A DNA stretch of 48,316 nt from Dehalococcoidia bacterium (GCA_015661155.1 JACVQK010000020.1:1-48316); one strand, 5' to 3'; positions 29,616 to 40,435 are shown, numbered from the stretch's first letter. Numbers and translations are program-made. The notes: generated by a model from the letters alone, not told the origin.

Positions 29616-30780
29616 CTACCCCCCAAAGAACCGCAGAAACACCTCATTCCCCAGCAGTCGCCCTCGCGGGGTGAGGCGCAGCGCCCCCTCCGCCTGCTCC
29701 ACCAGGCCCAGGGAGGTCACATCCTGCACCTGCTCCCCATACACCGAGGAGAGGCTTCTCCCAAAGCGGCGGGCAAACCCCTCCGGGTCTATCCCCTCCT
29801 CCAGGCGCAGCCCCAGCATCATGGTCTCCGCCATCTCCAGCCTCTCGTCGATGGTCTCGATTCCCTCCACCGTGGGCACCTGGGACAGGGCCTCTGGGGA
29901 GATGCCGTTGGCGACGGAAGGTGGTGAAGGGGTGTCACCGAGACGGCGCACGTACTCCTGGGGCGAAAGGGTGTTGTGGAAACGCCATTTGCCCAAATAT
30001 GAGTGCGCTCCCGGCCCCACTCCCAGATATGGCTGGTTGCGCCAGTAGGTCAGGTTGTGGCGGCTCTCTTTGCCGGGTCTGGCCCAGTTGGATATCTCGT
30101 AGTGGCGGTATCCGGCCTGCTCCAGCAGCTCCTCAGCCATCTGGTACATATCCGCCGCCAGGTCGGGGTCGGGCTGGGGCACTTGCCCCAGCCCGACCTG
30201 CCGCTCCAGGGGTGTGCCATCTTCCAGGGTCAGGCAGTAGATGGAGAGGTGCTCCGGCGACAGGGACAGCACCCTCTCCAGGGTATCCCGCCAGCCTTCC
30301 AGGGTCTGATAGGGGATGCCGTACATCAGGTCCATGCTGATGTTGGCGAATCCCGCTCCTCTTGCCGCTCTGTATGCCTCCACCGCCTCCTGAGCCGAGT
30401 GCCTTCTGCCCAGGACCTTCAGCAGGGGGTCTTCCAGGCTCTGCACCCCTATGCTCAGACGGTTGACGCCCAGGGCCAGGAGAGAGCGCCCGTGCCAGGG
30501 TAATCTCTGCGCCAGGTGCAACCTGGAAGGCGCAAAGCGCCGCCTCCAGGATTGAGGCGATATTCTGCGGTGATATGTAGGAGGGCGTGCCACCGCCGAA
30601 GAAGAGGGTGGTCACCCCGGGTTTGCCCAGGGCTGCTCCCCAGAGGCCCATCTCACCGGCCAGTGACCTGACATAACTTGGCACCAGGGCTTCCATGCCG
30701 GAGTAGGTGTTGAAGTCGCAGTAGGGACACCTGCTCTTGCAGAAGGGTATGTGAATGTAGAGGGCTATCGCCCCTGGCAA
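29616..30780 (-). pseudogene. hemW: Radical SAM heme chaperone HemW, frameshifted near 30490
   Basis: LYIHIPFCKSRCPYCDF and GGGTPS in one frame; NRLSIGVQS, YEISN, HNLTYW in another; expected EANP segment missing. Confidence 0.85.
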
Positions 30781-30801
30781 GGGCAGGGCGTGCCCTGCAT
30801 G

Positions 30802-30949
30802 TATAGGCTGATGAAAAGGGAGATGTGCAGAGGGGCGTAGCCCCTTTGCCGGGGGTTTGGGGGTGTCCCCCAGATTCAAATTCCTCCCCCTTCCTGGCCA
30901 GGAAGGGGGACAGGGGGATGGTCGAAAGGGTTCTTCATCAGCCTGCTAG
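30802..30949. mobile_element. MITE/REP-like element, family A
   Basis: 11-bp IR AGGCTGATGAA/TTCATCAGCCT; hairpin CCCCCTTCCTGGCCAGGAAGGGGG; right end abuts ychF stop. Confidence 0.8.
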
Positions 30950-32046
30950 ACGTTGAAGAGGAAGGTGATGACATCGCCGTCCTGGACCTGGTAGGTCTTG
31001 CCCTCCAGGCGAAGCAGACCCTTCTTCCTCGCCTCGGCCAGGCTGCCGCACCGGGCCATGTCGTCAAAGGAGATCACCTCGGCGCGAATGAATCCCCGCT
31101 CTATATCGGAGTGAATCTTCCCCGCGGCCCGCACTGCCGGTGTGTTGCAGGGTATGGTCCACGCCTTCACCTCGTCTGGGCCGACGGTAAAGAAGGATAT
31201 GAGGCCCAGCAAGGCGTAAGAGAGGCGGATGCCCCGGCTGAGTCCCGACTCGCCCGGCCCCATGGCTTTGCGAAACTCCGCTTCCTCTCCCTCCTCCATC
31301 TCGGCCAGCTCCATCTCCAGCTTGCCGCAAAGGGCGGCCACCTCCACTCCCGGCCTGGCGTACTGTCCCCTCAGCTTCTCCTCCAGCTCCGCTGCCTGGG
31401 GCACGTCCTCCTCTCCGATGTTCCAAACGATAAGCATCGGCTTTGCCGTAAGGAACTGAAAGTTCTCCAGGAGCTTGGCTCCCTCGGCAGATAGCTGCTG
31501 TTCACGTATGGGCATCTCTCTCCCCAGCTCACCCTTGATCCTGTCCAGGATCGCGTGCTCCCGTTGCTTGGCCTCCCTTTCGCTGGCCTTGGCACTCTTT
31601 AGCTCACTCCCAAGGCGCTCCACCCTGCGCTCCAGGATAGCCAGGTCGGCGAAGGCCAGCTCCATGTCCATGGAGACCAGGTCCCGGTGGGGATCGACGT
31701 TCCCCTCTACGTGGGGCACCGAGGGGTTGGGGAAGGCCCTGACCACGTGAAGGAGGGCGTCTGTCCTTTGCAGCAGATTGAGGAACTCTCCTGTGATGCC
31801 CTGGGAGCGCGTTAGCCCCTCGGGAGTTCCCGGGAAGTCTATGTACCTGACCTCCGCCGGCACCGTCCTGCGGGGGTTAAATATATCCACCAGGATTTTC
31901 AACCTGGGGTCAGGGACCTTGGCTACTCCCAGATTTGGCTTGGCGGTCGAAGCAGAAAAGGGGGAAATATCCGCACTGCCCCTGCTCAGGGCGTTGAAGA
32001 CGGTGGTCTTGCCGCTCTTGGGTAGCCCGACAATCCCTATCTCCAC
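30946..32046 (-). CDS. ychF: Redox-regulated ATPase YchF
   Basis: GIVGLPKSGKTT, VPDPRL, AAGKIHSDIERGFIRAE, LEGKTYQVQDGD, FLFNV. Confidence 0.96.
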   Translation of the reverse strand: MEIGIVGLPKSGKTTVFNALSRGSADISPFSASTAKPNLGVAKVPDPRLKILVDIFNPRRTVPAEVRYIDFPGTPEGLTRSQGITGEFLNLLQRTDALLHVVRAFPNPSVPHVEGNVDPHRDLVSMDMELAFADLAILERRVERLGSELKSAKASEREAKQREHAILDRIKGELGREMPIREQQLSAEGAKLLENFQFLTAKPMLIVWNIGEEDVPQAAELEEKLRGQYARPGVEVAALCGKLEMELAEMEEGEEAEFRKAMGPGESGLSRGIRLSYALLGLISFFTVGPDEVKAWTIPCNTPAVRAAGKIHSDIERGFIRAEVISFDDMARCGSLAEARKKGLLRLEGKTYQVQDGDVITFLFNV

Positions 32047-32055
32047 TTCATGGTC

Positions 32056-34512
32056 TCACTCAATGGCGTAGAGGGTGCCGTCTCTGGAAGCCAGGTAGAG
32101 GGTGCCTCCGGCCACCACGGGGGTGGAGGTCTGGCCTCTGGCGATTTGCATCACCCACTGCTCTTCGCCACTACCCGTGTCTATGGCGTGGAGCCGTCCA
32201 TCTCCGTCGCCCACCAGAAGGACGTCACCCACAAGGGTAGGAGCGGAGAGGTAGACGCTCCCCGATTTGGAGGTCAAGCGCCCCTCTTCCCCCGTCATCG
32301 CGGGCACTGCCTGCTCGTCGACTTCTTCCTGTCCCTCGACTCTAATCGTAATGCTAGGAACCGTAATGGTAGGAACGGTGGGAGCAGAGGGGTAGTCGCC
32401 CCCCAATTTGAAGGTCCAGCGCACCTTTCCCGTCGTCCTGTCGAGGGCGTGGAGCCTGCCCTCGTTGCTGGAGATGTAGAGGGTGTCTTCATCGGCCGTG
32501 GGGGTGGTCACGAGAGTGCCGCCCAGGGGGGTGATCCATTTCAACCCCTTGGGCGCTCCGGGGTAGCCCATCATGCCCCAGAGATACAGCTGTATCCTTG
32601 TGTTATACCAGCCCTTGGCCAAAGGCACCTCCTTTTCCCTCAGGTCCAGGGAGTACGCCCTTCCGTTACTGGCCACGCCATAGACGGAGTCACCGACAAC
32701 CAGGGGAGAGCCCTCGATTCTCCCTCCAATATCCCCGAAGACGAAGCGCCTCTTGCCCGTACCGATGTCATACAAATGCACCGCTCCATCCACGGAGCTC
32801 ACCACCAGGATGTCACCTGCCAGGGCGGGGGTATTGACGATTCCACCCGTGGCAGTGTGACTCCATCGCCTCTCTCCCGTCATGGCGTCCAGGGCGTAGA
32901 CATGGCCGCCTCCGGAGCCGATGTACACTACACCGTCATGCACTATGGGGGAGCCCATTATCATGGTTTGGGCTTCAAACTGCCACCGCTTTTCACCGGT
33001 ATCGGCGTCCAGGGCAGTGACCGTGCTGTCCAGACCCCCGTAGAACAGCAGGTCCCCCGCGACCGCAGGAGAGGAGTATATGACCCCTGAGCCCCTGTAC
33101 TCCCATAGCTGGCTTCCTGTGGCCTCGTCCAGGGCCACCACTCGTCCGTCGTAGGTGGTGAAATAGACTCTGCCCCCCTGTATCGCGGGAGTGGACACCA
33201 TGGAGCCGGAGGTTTTGACGGCCCACCTTACCCGGCCGACAAAGGCTCCACCCTCTCCTGGCACGGGGCCAGGACCGCTCAAGTTCCGAGTGGACATGGC
33301 CCACTCCCCGATGCCGGACGCGGAGTTGATGGTGGAAGAGGGAGTTGGCAGGGGAGGAACGGTAAGCTCTAAGGAGTAGATTGCAAGGAAGACGACCACG
33401 GCCACCGAGACGGTGGCCAGAAGGGCACGCCGTATTATCGTGGTCCTTCTCCACCTTCGGAGACGTTCCTCTGTCGTGAGTGCCTTGTCCCCTGGTGCCG
33501 CTGCCACCCGCCTCCAGACGCCCCGGCAGTTGGAGCACCACACTGCACCCGCAGGGTTGCTCTGGCCGCAGAGCATGCAGAGGACCATGGGGCCCTCCTC
33601 TGGCGAGGGCATTGCCTTTTCCTGCTCTGTGCCAGGAAGTCTCCCCCGCATATCTGTCCCTCCGGTGGCGGCAAAAAGCGCAGATATGGGCTCGAGGGCG
33701 GGCGCTTCCGCCTCTAAGGCTCTGACAAACTCCCCTGGAGTCTCGTAGCGTCTCTCCGGGTGGAGGGCCAGCGCCTTGAGGATGATGGAGTCCAGCTTCG
33801 GCGAGATGTCGGGGTTTACCCGGCTGGGCAGAGGGGGTGAGGAGGTAAGCTGCCGGGTCAGCACCGTGGCCGCCTCCAGGGCGTTGAAGGGCACCGTGCC
33901 CGCCAGCATATCGTATAGAAGCACTCCCAGCGAGTAGATGTCGGAGCGAAGGTTGGGAGGAGAGCCCTGGGACCGCTCGGGGGCCGTGTACATGGGCAGG
34001 GGAGTCCCAAGAGAGTACCTCATTCCCCGGGGCACACCATCTCCCAGAAGGGCCATGCCGAAATCGCTCAACATGACCCGCCCCGTCTCGGGGTCCAGGA
34101 AGATGTTGCCGGGCTTGATGTCCCCGTGACTTACCCCTTCGCGATGTGCCGCCTCTACGGCCCCGGCCACCTGTCTCAGGATGACCATGGCCCAGGCCAG
34201 GGGAATGGGCTGTTGAAGCCACTGCCTCAGGGTAGGCCAGGACACGTATTGCATCGCCACCCAGTGCAGCGGCCCCTCTGATCCCGCGGCGTACACGGGT
34301 AGAATATTGGGGTGCCTTAGCCTGGACACCCGCTCCATCTCCCGGGAGAAACTCTCCATAAGGGCTTCATCGGTGGATATGTAGGGGCGGATGACCTTCA
34401 AAACCACCTCCCGCCGCGGGAGTGGCTCCTCAGCCCGATACACTGTCCCCAGCCCGGAGCTGCCCAACTGCTCCAGGAGCACGTAATCTTTTATGGTCCT
34501 TTGCATTTGCAT
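32056..34512 (-). CDS. Hanks-type Ser/Thr kinase with Zn ribbon, TM and PQQ-like beta-propeller
   Basis: HPNI, HGDIKPGN, DFG, YTAPE, SDIYSLG; CMLC/CSNC; repeated ALDxxTG..W blades. Confidence 0.9.
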   Translation of the reverse strand: MQMQRTIKDYVLLEQLGSSGLGTVYRAEEPLPRREVVLKVIRPYISTDEALMESFSREMERVSRLRHPNILPVYAAGSEGPLHWVAMQYVSWPTLRQWLQQPIPLAWAMVILRQVAGAVEAAHREGVSHGDIKPGNIFLDPETGRVMLSDFGMALLGDGVPRGMRYSLGTPLPMYTAPERSQGSPPNLRSDIYSLGVLLYDMLAGTVPFNALEAATVLTRQLTSSPPLPSRVNPDISPKLDSIILKALALHPERRYETPGEFVRALEAEAPALEPISALFAATGGTDMRGRLPGTEQEKAMPSPEEGPMVLCMLCGQSNPAGAVWCSNCRGVWRRVAAAPGDKALTTEERLRRWRRTTIIRRALLATVSVAVVVFLAIYSLELTVPPLPTPSSTINSASGIGEWAMSTRNLSGPGPVPGEGGAFVGRVRWAVKTSGSMVSTPAIQGGRVYFTTYDGRVVALDEATGSQLWEYRGSGVIYSSPAVAGDLLFYGGLDSTVTALDADTGEKRWQFEAQTMIMGSPIVHDGVVYIGSGGGHVYALDAMTGERRWSHTATGGIVNTPALAGDILVVSSVDGAVHLYDIGTGKRRFVFGDIGGRIEGSPLVVGDSVYGVASNGRAYSLDLREKEVPLAKGWYNTRIQLYLWGMMGYPGAPKGLKWITPLGGTLVTTPTADEDTLYISSNEGRLHALDRTTGKVRWTFKLGGDYPSAPTVPTITVPSITIRVEGQEEVDEQAVPAMTGEEGRLTSKSGSVYLSAPTLVGDVLLVGDGDGRLHAIDTGSGEEQWVMQIARGQTSTPVVAGGTLYLASRDGTLYAIE

Positions 34513-34584
34513 TGCGGCTCCTCTCGAACTTCAGCGGATTCCTCTCGAGGAGGAAGAGGAAGGGCCGGCGATGGGGACGGCATC

Positions 34585-34809
34585 CTACTTGGGAGACCCG
34601 TCGTCATCCACTATCCTGTAGCTCCCATCGATGATCTTCTTGCCTTTCGTGCTCGACGGACGCGCCTTCCCACGGCCCTTTCCGGTAACCCGAGAGGACA
34701 GAAAGAGAAATCTGGCGGCGACCAGGGCCAGCAGAAGCAGGGGCAGAACTCGAAAGAGGATACTTGCCCTACTTAGAGCCAGCAAAAACGGGGCCACCAG
34801 ACGCAGCAT
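34585..34809 (-). CDS. Small membrane protein
   Basis: Hydrophobic N-half; C-terminal IIDGSYRIVDD. Confidence 0.55.
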   Translation of the reverse strand: MLRLVAPFLLALSRASILFRVLPLLLLALVAARFLFLSSRVTGKGRGKARPSSTKGKKIIDGSYRIVDDDGSPK

Positions 34810-34936
34810 GAAAAGCCCACCCTACCCTTTGGAGTCCTCGCGGGACGCCAAAAGACCTTTCGCCCGTACATCCTTAGTGGTACATTATACCCTGGGGAAG
34901 GGCAATTGAAAACGCATTTCCACCCCAGGAAAATCC

Positions 34937-35977
34937 ATGCTTCACATTTTCTATGGCGATGACGACTTCTCCATCCACGAGGCCCTGGAGCACCTGAAGG
35001 CAATGGTGCAGCCCCCGGACCTCCTGGATGCCAATGTAAGTCGGGCCCAGGTTTCATCCCTATCGCTACAGCAGCTCGTTGCCCTGTGCCATGCCGTGCC
35101 CTTTCTGGCGTCCCGCCGAATGGTCATCGTGGATGGCCTCCTGGCCCTGTTCGAGGATCGGAGGGCCCCCAGGGGAGGACGAGGTAGTCGAGGTAGTCAA
35201 GGAGAGGCGGCCAATACACCCTCTCCCTGGCTATCCCTCGACAAGCACATTCCCACCATGCCCCCTTCCACGGACCTGGTGCTGGTGGAGAGGGTCAGGA
35301 CCTTGAGAAAAGACAACGTCCTGCTGAAGCGACTATCTCCTCTTGGGCAGGTCACGGGCTTTCCCTCCTTGAGGGGCCAGGAGCTGGGCCGGTGGGTCGA
35401 GGAGAGGGCTGCCGAAAGGGGATGCTCCATCTCCAGAGGAGGGGTAAGGCTGCTGGCGGAGCTGGTGGGGGGAAACCTCTGGGCCATGAGCAGCGAGATA
35501 GAGAAGCTGTCCCTATACTGCCAGGGCCGCACCGTAGAGGCGGAGGATGTCTCGCTCCTGGTGAGTACTGCCATGGAGAAGACCATCTTCAACGCCGTGG
35601 ACGCCATCATGGAGGGACGGCACTCGGAGGCCCTCCGCGTCATAAGACGCCTTATGGAGGGAGGGGCCAGCGGCCCCTACATCGTGACCATGATAGCAAG
35701 GCAGGGGAGGCTTGTGCTGCTGTTCAAGGACATGGAGAGGAGGGGAGTCCCCCCGGGGCAGATGGGAACACGCCTGGGGCTATCCGCCGACTGGATGCTG
35801 AGGAGGGTGATGGGGCAGGGGAGACGCTACTCCCAGGCAGCCCTGGAGTCCCTGCACCGGGGGCTTCTGGAGACGGACCGGGCCATCAAGTCGGGCCAGA
35901 TTTCCGAGGAGTCGGTAGGAGAATTCTTGATAGAGGTGTTCACCCGCGTCTCCTTGGCCCAGAAAGCAGCCAGATAG
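34937..35977 (+). CDS. holA: DNA polymerase III delta subunit
   Basis: FYGDDDF, PFLASRRMVIV, EIEKLSLY, IFNAVDA, DRAIKSG. Confidence 0.92.
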   Translation: MLHIFYGDDDFSIHEALEHLKAMVQPPDLLDANVSRAQVSSLSLQQLVALCHAVPFLASRRMVIVDGLLALFEDRRAPRGGRGSRGSQGEAANTPSPWLSLDKHIPTMPPSTDLVLVERVRTLRKDNVLLKRLSPLGQVTGFPSLRGQELGRWVEERAAERGCSISRGGVRLLAELVGGNLWAMSSEIEKLSLYCQGRTVEAEDVSLLVSTAMEKTIFNAVDAIMEGRHSEALRVIRRLMEGGASGPYIVTMIARQGRLVLLFKDMERRGVPPGQMGTRLGLSADWMLRRVMGQGRRYSQAALESLHRGLLETDRAIKSGQISEESVGEFLIEVFTRVSLAQKAAR

Positions 35978-35985
35978 CAGAAGGT

Positions 35986-37242
35986 ATGTTCTGGAAAGCC
36001 GCTGCCATCCTGGGTGTCACCTATCTGGGCATTGCCGTCACCCGCTTGCCCCGTGTCAACATCGACCGCCCCTCGGCCGCCTTCACCGGCGCTGTTCTCA
36101 TGGTGCTTCTCGGTGTCCTCTCCTTCGACGCAGCAGTGCGAGCCATCGACTTCAACACCATCGCCCTGCTCCTGGGCATGATGCTGCTGGTGGTGGTGCT
36201 GGAGAAGGAGGGGTTCTTCACCTATCTGGCAGCCTGCCTCATGGCCGTGGGCACTACGCCTCTCCGGCTGCTGACCGTCGTGATAGTGGCGACCGGCGTT
36301 CTCAGCGCCTTCCTGGTCAACGACGCGGTGGTTCTCCTGCTCACCCCGGTGATAGTGCGCGCGTGCCGCCTGCTGCGCACCAACCCGGTGCCTTACCTCA
36401 TCGCCGAGGCCATGGCCTCCAACATAGGCTCCGCCGCTACCATAGTGGGCAACCCTCAGAATATGCTCATTGGCATAAGCTCGGGCATCTCTTTTCCTCG
36501 CTTCTTCCTCCTGCTGGCCCCTGTGGCGGTAGCGGGATGCGTAGCCCTGGCCCTGGTGGTGTGGTGGTCATATCGGCACGAGTTCCGCAGTGGCCCCTTC
36601 GTCCCAGAGACGTCTCCGCTCAGGGAGTATGGGGAGAGACAGACCGGGGTGCCGCGTCGAGCGTTTCTCCTTCTCGTCCCAACCGTTATTGCCTTCTTCC
36701 TCTCCTCGGTCCTGGGCCTCAGTCTGCCCCTTATCGCCCTCACCGCCGGGGCGGCGGTGCTCCTGGTCAGCAGGGTGCGTCCGTCAGAGGTCCTTCGAGG
36801 TGTGGACTGGGTGCTGCTGCTGTTCTTCGCGGGTCTCTTCGTCGTTATCGGCGGCGCCCGCCATGCCGGGGTGCTGGATGCCCTTCTGGAGCCGATAAGC
36901 GTGACGCCGGGCCTGGGGGGTATCGTCTCCCTGCACCTGGTGAGCGCCGCCGTTAGCCAGGTGGTGAGCAACGTGCCTCTGACCATGCTGGTGATCCCGT
37001 TGATCGAGAGGGTTCAGGGAGAGGTGCTGTGGATCAGCCTGGCGGCGGGGGCCACCCTGGGGGGCAACGCGACCATCATCGGGGCTGTGGCCAACATCAT
37101 CGTGGTCGAGACGGCGGCCCGCGAGGGTGTGGCGGTGTCTTTCCGGGAGTTCTTGAGGGTGGGAATGGTGGTAACGCCTCTCACCCTGGTCATCTCCATG
37201 GGCATCCTGGCGCTGGAGTGGGCGCTTGGCGTGTTGTCCTAG
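35986..37242 (+). CDS. SLC13/ArsB/CitMHS-type anion transporter
   Basis: SAFLVND, ASNIGSAATIVGNPQN, SNVP, GNATIIGAVAN. Confidence 0.88.
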   Translation: MFWKAAAILGVTYLGIAVTRLPRVNIDRPSAAFTGAVLMVLLGVLSFDAAVRAIDFNTIALLLGMMLLVVVLEKEGFFTYLAACLMAVGTTPLRLLTVVIVATGVLSAFLVNDAVVLLLTPVIVRACRLLRTNPVPYLIAEAMASNIGSAATIVGNPQNMLIGISSGISFPRFFLLLAPVAVAGCVALALVVWWSYRHEFRSGPFVPETSPLREYGERQTGVPRRAFLLLVPTVIAFFLSSVLGLSLPLIALTAGAAVLLVSRVRPSEVLRGVDWVLLLFFAGLFVVIGGARHAGVLDALLEPISVTPGLGGIVSLHLVSAAVSQVVSNVPLTMLVIPLIERVQGEVLWISLAAGATLGGNATIIGAVANIIVVETAAREGVAVSFREFLRVGMVVTPLTLVISMGILALEWALGVLS

Positions 37243-37314
37243 CCCGCCGCAATCTTGAAGAGGCGTTGCTAAACGAGCCGCCACGCGGGGGGCTATAGCG
37301 GATTCGAGCCTGGC

Positions 37315-37342
37315 ATTTGACATAATGTAGCATAGAATAAAT
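37315..37342 (-). other. Candidate dif (Xer recombination) site
   Basis: Minus strand ATTTATTCTAT-GCTACA-TTATGTCAAAT, 11-6-11 layout; right arm is one mismatch from the E. coli XerD arm TTATGTTAAAT; lies between convergent genes. Confidence 0.5.
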
Positions 37343-37391
37343 GCTGAAAGCCGCACGGCGGGATATTCTCCCCCTGACCTTCAGCTTTCCC

Positions 37392-37612
37392 CTAGGAGGG
37401 TGTTGAAGAACCCTCTTCGACCATCCCCCTGCCCCCTTCCTGTCCAGGCAGGGCACGCCCTGCACCCACACTCTTCAGAGGTATTTATGGGCAGGTTGAA
37501 GACAGGGTCCGTGAGATGTGGGTCTGGGCTAAGCCCAGTCTGGGGGACACCCCCAGACCCCCGTCAAAGGGGCTTCGCCCCTCTGCACTCCCCTTTTTCA
37601 CCAGCCTGCTAG
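37392..37612. mobile_element. Family A element carrying inverted module B (core type 2)
   Basis: CTAG at both ends; GAGGGTGTTGAAGAA ... TTTTTCACCAGCCTG; abuts ABC ATPase stop. Confidence 0.82.
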
Positions 37613-38718
37613 CCGTAGGTGATCTCGTTGTAGCAGGCCACGCTGTGGCCGGGCTCTATCTCCCGCAGAGGGGGCTGGGGGCTGAGTCGGCAGACGTTGG
37701 TGGCTTTGGGGCACCGGGGCAGAAAGGGGCATAGGTCGGGGAGATCGATGGGGTCCGGGGTTGTGCCGCGTATGGAGCGGAGGGAGCGCTTCGGCTCGTC
37801 CAGCCGGGGGATGGTCTGCAACAGGGCCCAGGTGTAGGGATGATAGGGGCGCTGGAACAGGCTTGGCGTATCGGCATACTCTACCACCATGCCGGCGTAC
37901 ATGACGGCCACCTCCTTCGCCACCTGAGCGATGACCCCCATGTTATGGGTAATGATGATCATGGTGGAGTGCTTTTCGGCCCGTATCCGCTTGAGCCTGG
38001 CCAGTACGTCCGCCTGAATGGTCATGTCCAGGTTAGAGGTGGGCTCATCGGCGATGAGGACTTTTGGCTGCCAGGCCGTGGCCATGGCTATCATGGCCCG
38101 CTGGGCCATGCCGCCGCTAAGCTGGTGAGGGTATTGCTTGAAGATCGGCTCAGGCAGCTCCAACTCCCTCAGCAGGTCCATCGTCCGTGCCCTGGCTTCC
38201 ACATGGGACATGGTGCCAGAGGCTAAGCGGGGAGAGGAGAGAATCCCCTCTGTCTCTGCCAGTTCCCTGGCATCCCTGATGGACATGAGGCTGTGGGCCA
38301 AGAGGATCTCCATAATCTGGTCGCCGATGGTTTCGATAGGGTTGAGGGAGCCTCTGGCATCCTGGAATATCATGGCTATGTCCTTGCCCCGTACCCTCAG
38401 CAGCTCCTCATCGCCTATCTTCAGGAGGTCCCTGCCCTGGAAGTACACCCCACCCTCGACAGTCCTCCCTGGATGGGGAACCAAACGCAGCAGGGAGAGG
38501 GCCATCACCGACTTTCCCGCGCCGCTCTCGCCCACAACCCCCAGAACGCTATCCTCTTTCACAGAGAGACTCACCCCGTTGACCGCCTTCACCACACCCT
38601 CTCGGGTGTAGAAGTAGGTGTGAAGGTTCTCTATCCGGAGGACATCCGGCTTTTCCTCAGTCTTCACAGTGTTGTACTCATCTCTTTTTATCTTCACATC
38701 CTGCCACCGCGAAGTCAA
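37609..38718 (-). CDS. Oligopeptide/dipeptide ABC ATP-binding protein (OppD/DppD-like), orphan
   Basis: GESGAGKS, LSGGMAQR, IADEPT, HPYT, CPFLPRC...C...C; start uncertain. Confidence 0.9.
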   Translation of the reverse strand: MTSRWQDVKIKRDEYNTVKTEEKPDVLRIENLHTYFYTREGVVKAVNGVSLSVKEDSVLGVVGESGAGKSVMALSLLRLVPHPGRTVEGGVYFQGRDLLKIGDEELLRVRGKDIAMIFQDARGSLNPIETIGDQIMEILLAHSLMSIRDARELAETEGILSSPRLASGTMSHVEARARTMDLLRELELPEPIFKQYPHQLSGGMAQRAMIAMATAWQPKVLIADEPTSNLDMTIQADVLARLKRIRAEKHSTMIIITHNMGVIAQVAKEVAVMYAGMVVEYADTPSLFQRPYHPYTWALLQTIPRLDEPKRSLRSIRGTTPDPIDLPDLCPFLPRCPKATNVCRLSPQPPLREIEPGHSVACYNEITYG

Positions 38719-38772
38719 GGCGTGGGGTGGAATATCCCCACCATGCGGCTTTCAGGATAGATTCTGGCCTAT

Positions 38773-38856
38773 AGTTATGTCAAATATGTGGAGGGTTATG
38801 TAAACTACCGATGTGGGGCTTTTTCGTAATATTACATAACATGTATAGGGCGAATA
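38773..38856. promoter_or_regulatory. Cluster of three XerD-arm-like half-sites in an AT-rich spacer
   Basis: TTATGTCAAAT (38775), TTATGTAAACT (38796), inverted TTATGTAATAT (38829-38839). Confidence 0.5.
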
Positions 38857-38875
38857 TACTAGCCGCTTTTCCACC

Positions 38876-39217
38876 TCACGACAGGGGCATGTAGCCCATT
38901 CCCTCGTTCCGCTCCTCTATGCCTCCCCTGTACACAAACTGTCCATGGGGTGTGGTCTTCCTGGCGCTTCCCTCGGAGAAGTCGAGGCGCACCGTTCCGC
39001 CATCGCACTCCACCGTCACCTCGTTGCCATGCCAGCTCAACACCCGCCGGGGACGGGTGTCTATGATATTGGCCTGCCCTACCTTGAAGCTCATCCACGG
39101 CTTGATGGAGCCCCCGCGCAGGGCGTCCTTTGCCTCCTGTGAATCCACGATGGTAAACTCCTGGGGAGTGCAACTGAAAAAAGGCCGGTGGGGCAGGTCC
39201 TGGTTCTCCAGGGTCAT
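38876..39217 (-). CDS. Hypothetical protein
   Basis: ATGA overlap with hflX stop; AAGGAG RBS. Confidence 0.7.
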   Translation of the reverse strand: MTLENQDLPHRPFFSCTPQEFTIVDSQEAKDALRGGSIKPWMSFKVGQANIIDTRPRRVLSWHGNEVTVECDGGTVRLDFSEGSARKTTPHGQFVYRGGIEERNEGMGYMPLS

Positions 39218-40407
39218 GGGCGCTCCTTTCTCGGGTCTTGGGGGTTTATCCAGAATCCCAGATCACGCTGGGGTTCCCTCAGATGCTCCAGCATCTCTCC
39301 GATGGCCGTGAGCAGGTGGTCCAGGCCCCATCCCTTGGCCGCGGATATGAGGACAGGGTATCCCTCTCCCCATCCTGATTTCAGCTCCTCGCCGTACCCC
39401 TCTTCCTGGTGGTCACCCGGCAGGAGGTCTATCTTGTTCAGGGCTAGAACACGGGGCTTGTCCTCCAGGTGGAGCTCGGCCAGCAACCTGTTCACGACCT
39501 GGACCTGCCCCTCAGCGTTTTGATGAGTTATGTCAATTACATGAAGGATTCCGTCGGCCTCCGCCAGCTCCTCCAGGGTCGCCCTGAAGGCGGCCACCAC
39601 GGTTGGGGGCAGCTTCTGGATGAATCCCACGGTATCGGTGAGAAGAAAGGAGCCCTTCTCTGGAAGTTCCACCTTCCTGGTGACGGGGTCCAGGGTGGAG
39701 AACAGCTTGTCCTCTGCCACCACATCCGCATCGCTGAGGGCGTTGAGAAGGGTGCTCTTTCCGGCGTTGGTGTATCCCACCAGGGCCACGATGGGTGTCC
39801 CCAGGCGCTTGCGGCGTTCACGGTAGAGGGCGCGATGCTGGCGCACCTCCTCTAGCTCTCGCTTGAGCCTCTGAATCTTGTTTCGGATGATGCGGCGGTC
39901 CGTTTCAAGCTGGGTCTCGCCAGGGCCCCGGGTGCCTATACCACCTCCCAGGCGCTCCAGATGGGCCCACTGGCCCACCAGCCGGGGCAGAAGGTACTCG
40001 TGCTGGGCCAGCTCCACCTGCAACCGCCCTTCGTGGGTCTGGGCTCGCCGGGCGAAGACGTCCAGGATGAGGGCGGTGCGGTCAATGACCTTTACCTTCA
40101 GGGTCTCCTCCAGGTTTCGCTGCTGCTTGGGGCTCAGCTCGTCATCGAATATGACCACATCAGCTTGCAGGTCGTCCCGCATGACCAGGACCTCTTCCAG
40201 CTTTCCCTTTCCCATGTAGGAGTTGGTGGGCCTCTCCAGTCGCTGGGTGAGGGTGCCAACCACCTGGGCACCTGCCGTGCGGGCCAGTTGCCCCAGCTCC
40301 TCCAGGGAGTCCTCCAGGGACCACAGACGGGGCTTGCCCCTGGTCTCCACTCCCACCAGGATAGCCCTTTCAGGGCGGGCTTTCGTGGATGCTGTGGTCT
40401 TGGGCGT
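39214..40407 (-). CDS. hflX: GTPase HflX (probable start ACG at 40407)
   Basis: [43 protein letters not shown]. Confidence 0.95.
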   Translation of the reverse strand, partial: TPKTTASTKARPERAILVGVETRGKPRLWSLEDSLEELGQLARTAGAQVVGTLTQRLERPTNSYMGKGKLEEVLVMRDDLQADVVIFDDELSPKQQRNLEETLKVKVIDRTALILDVFARRAQTHEGRLQVELAQHEYLLPRLVGQWAHLERLGGGIGTRGPGETQLETDRRIIRNKIQRLKRELEEVRQHRALYRERRKRLGTPIVALVGYTNAGKSTLLNALSDADVVAEDKLFSTLDPVTRKVELPEKGSFLLTDTVGFIQKLPPTVVAAFRATLEELAEADGILHVIDITHQNAEGQVQVVNRLLAELHLEDKPRVLALNKIDLLPGDHQEEGYGEELKSGWGEGYPVLISAAKGWGLDHLLTAIGEMLEHLREPQRDLGFWINPQDPRKERP

Positions 40408-40435
40408 AGCGGGGTACCTCCTTGGACTACCAGTC

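Noticed and set aside
29000-30500. Programmed ribosomal frameshifts in TSUP and hemW
   Set aside because: In hemW conserved residues are physically missing at the junction, and no slippery heptamer was seen in either
35392-35985. 616-aa ORF extension upstream of the anion transporter
   Set aside because: Overlaps holA in another frame; real start is ATG 35986
37317-37338. Sigma70 promoter TTGACA...TAGAAT
   Set aside because: Spacer is only 10 bp and the site lies between convergent genes; a dif-like reading fits better
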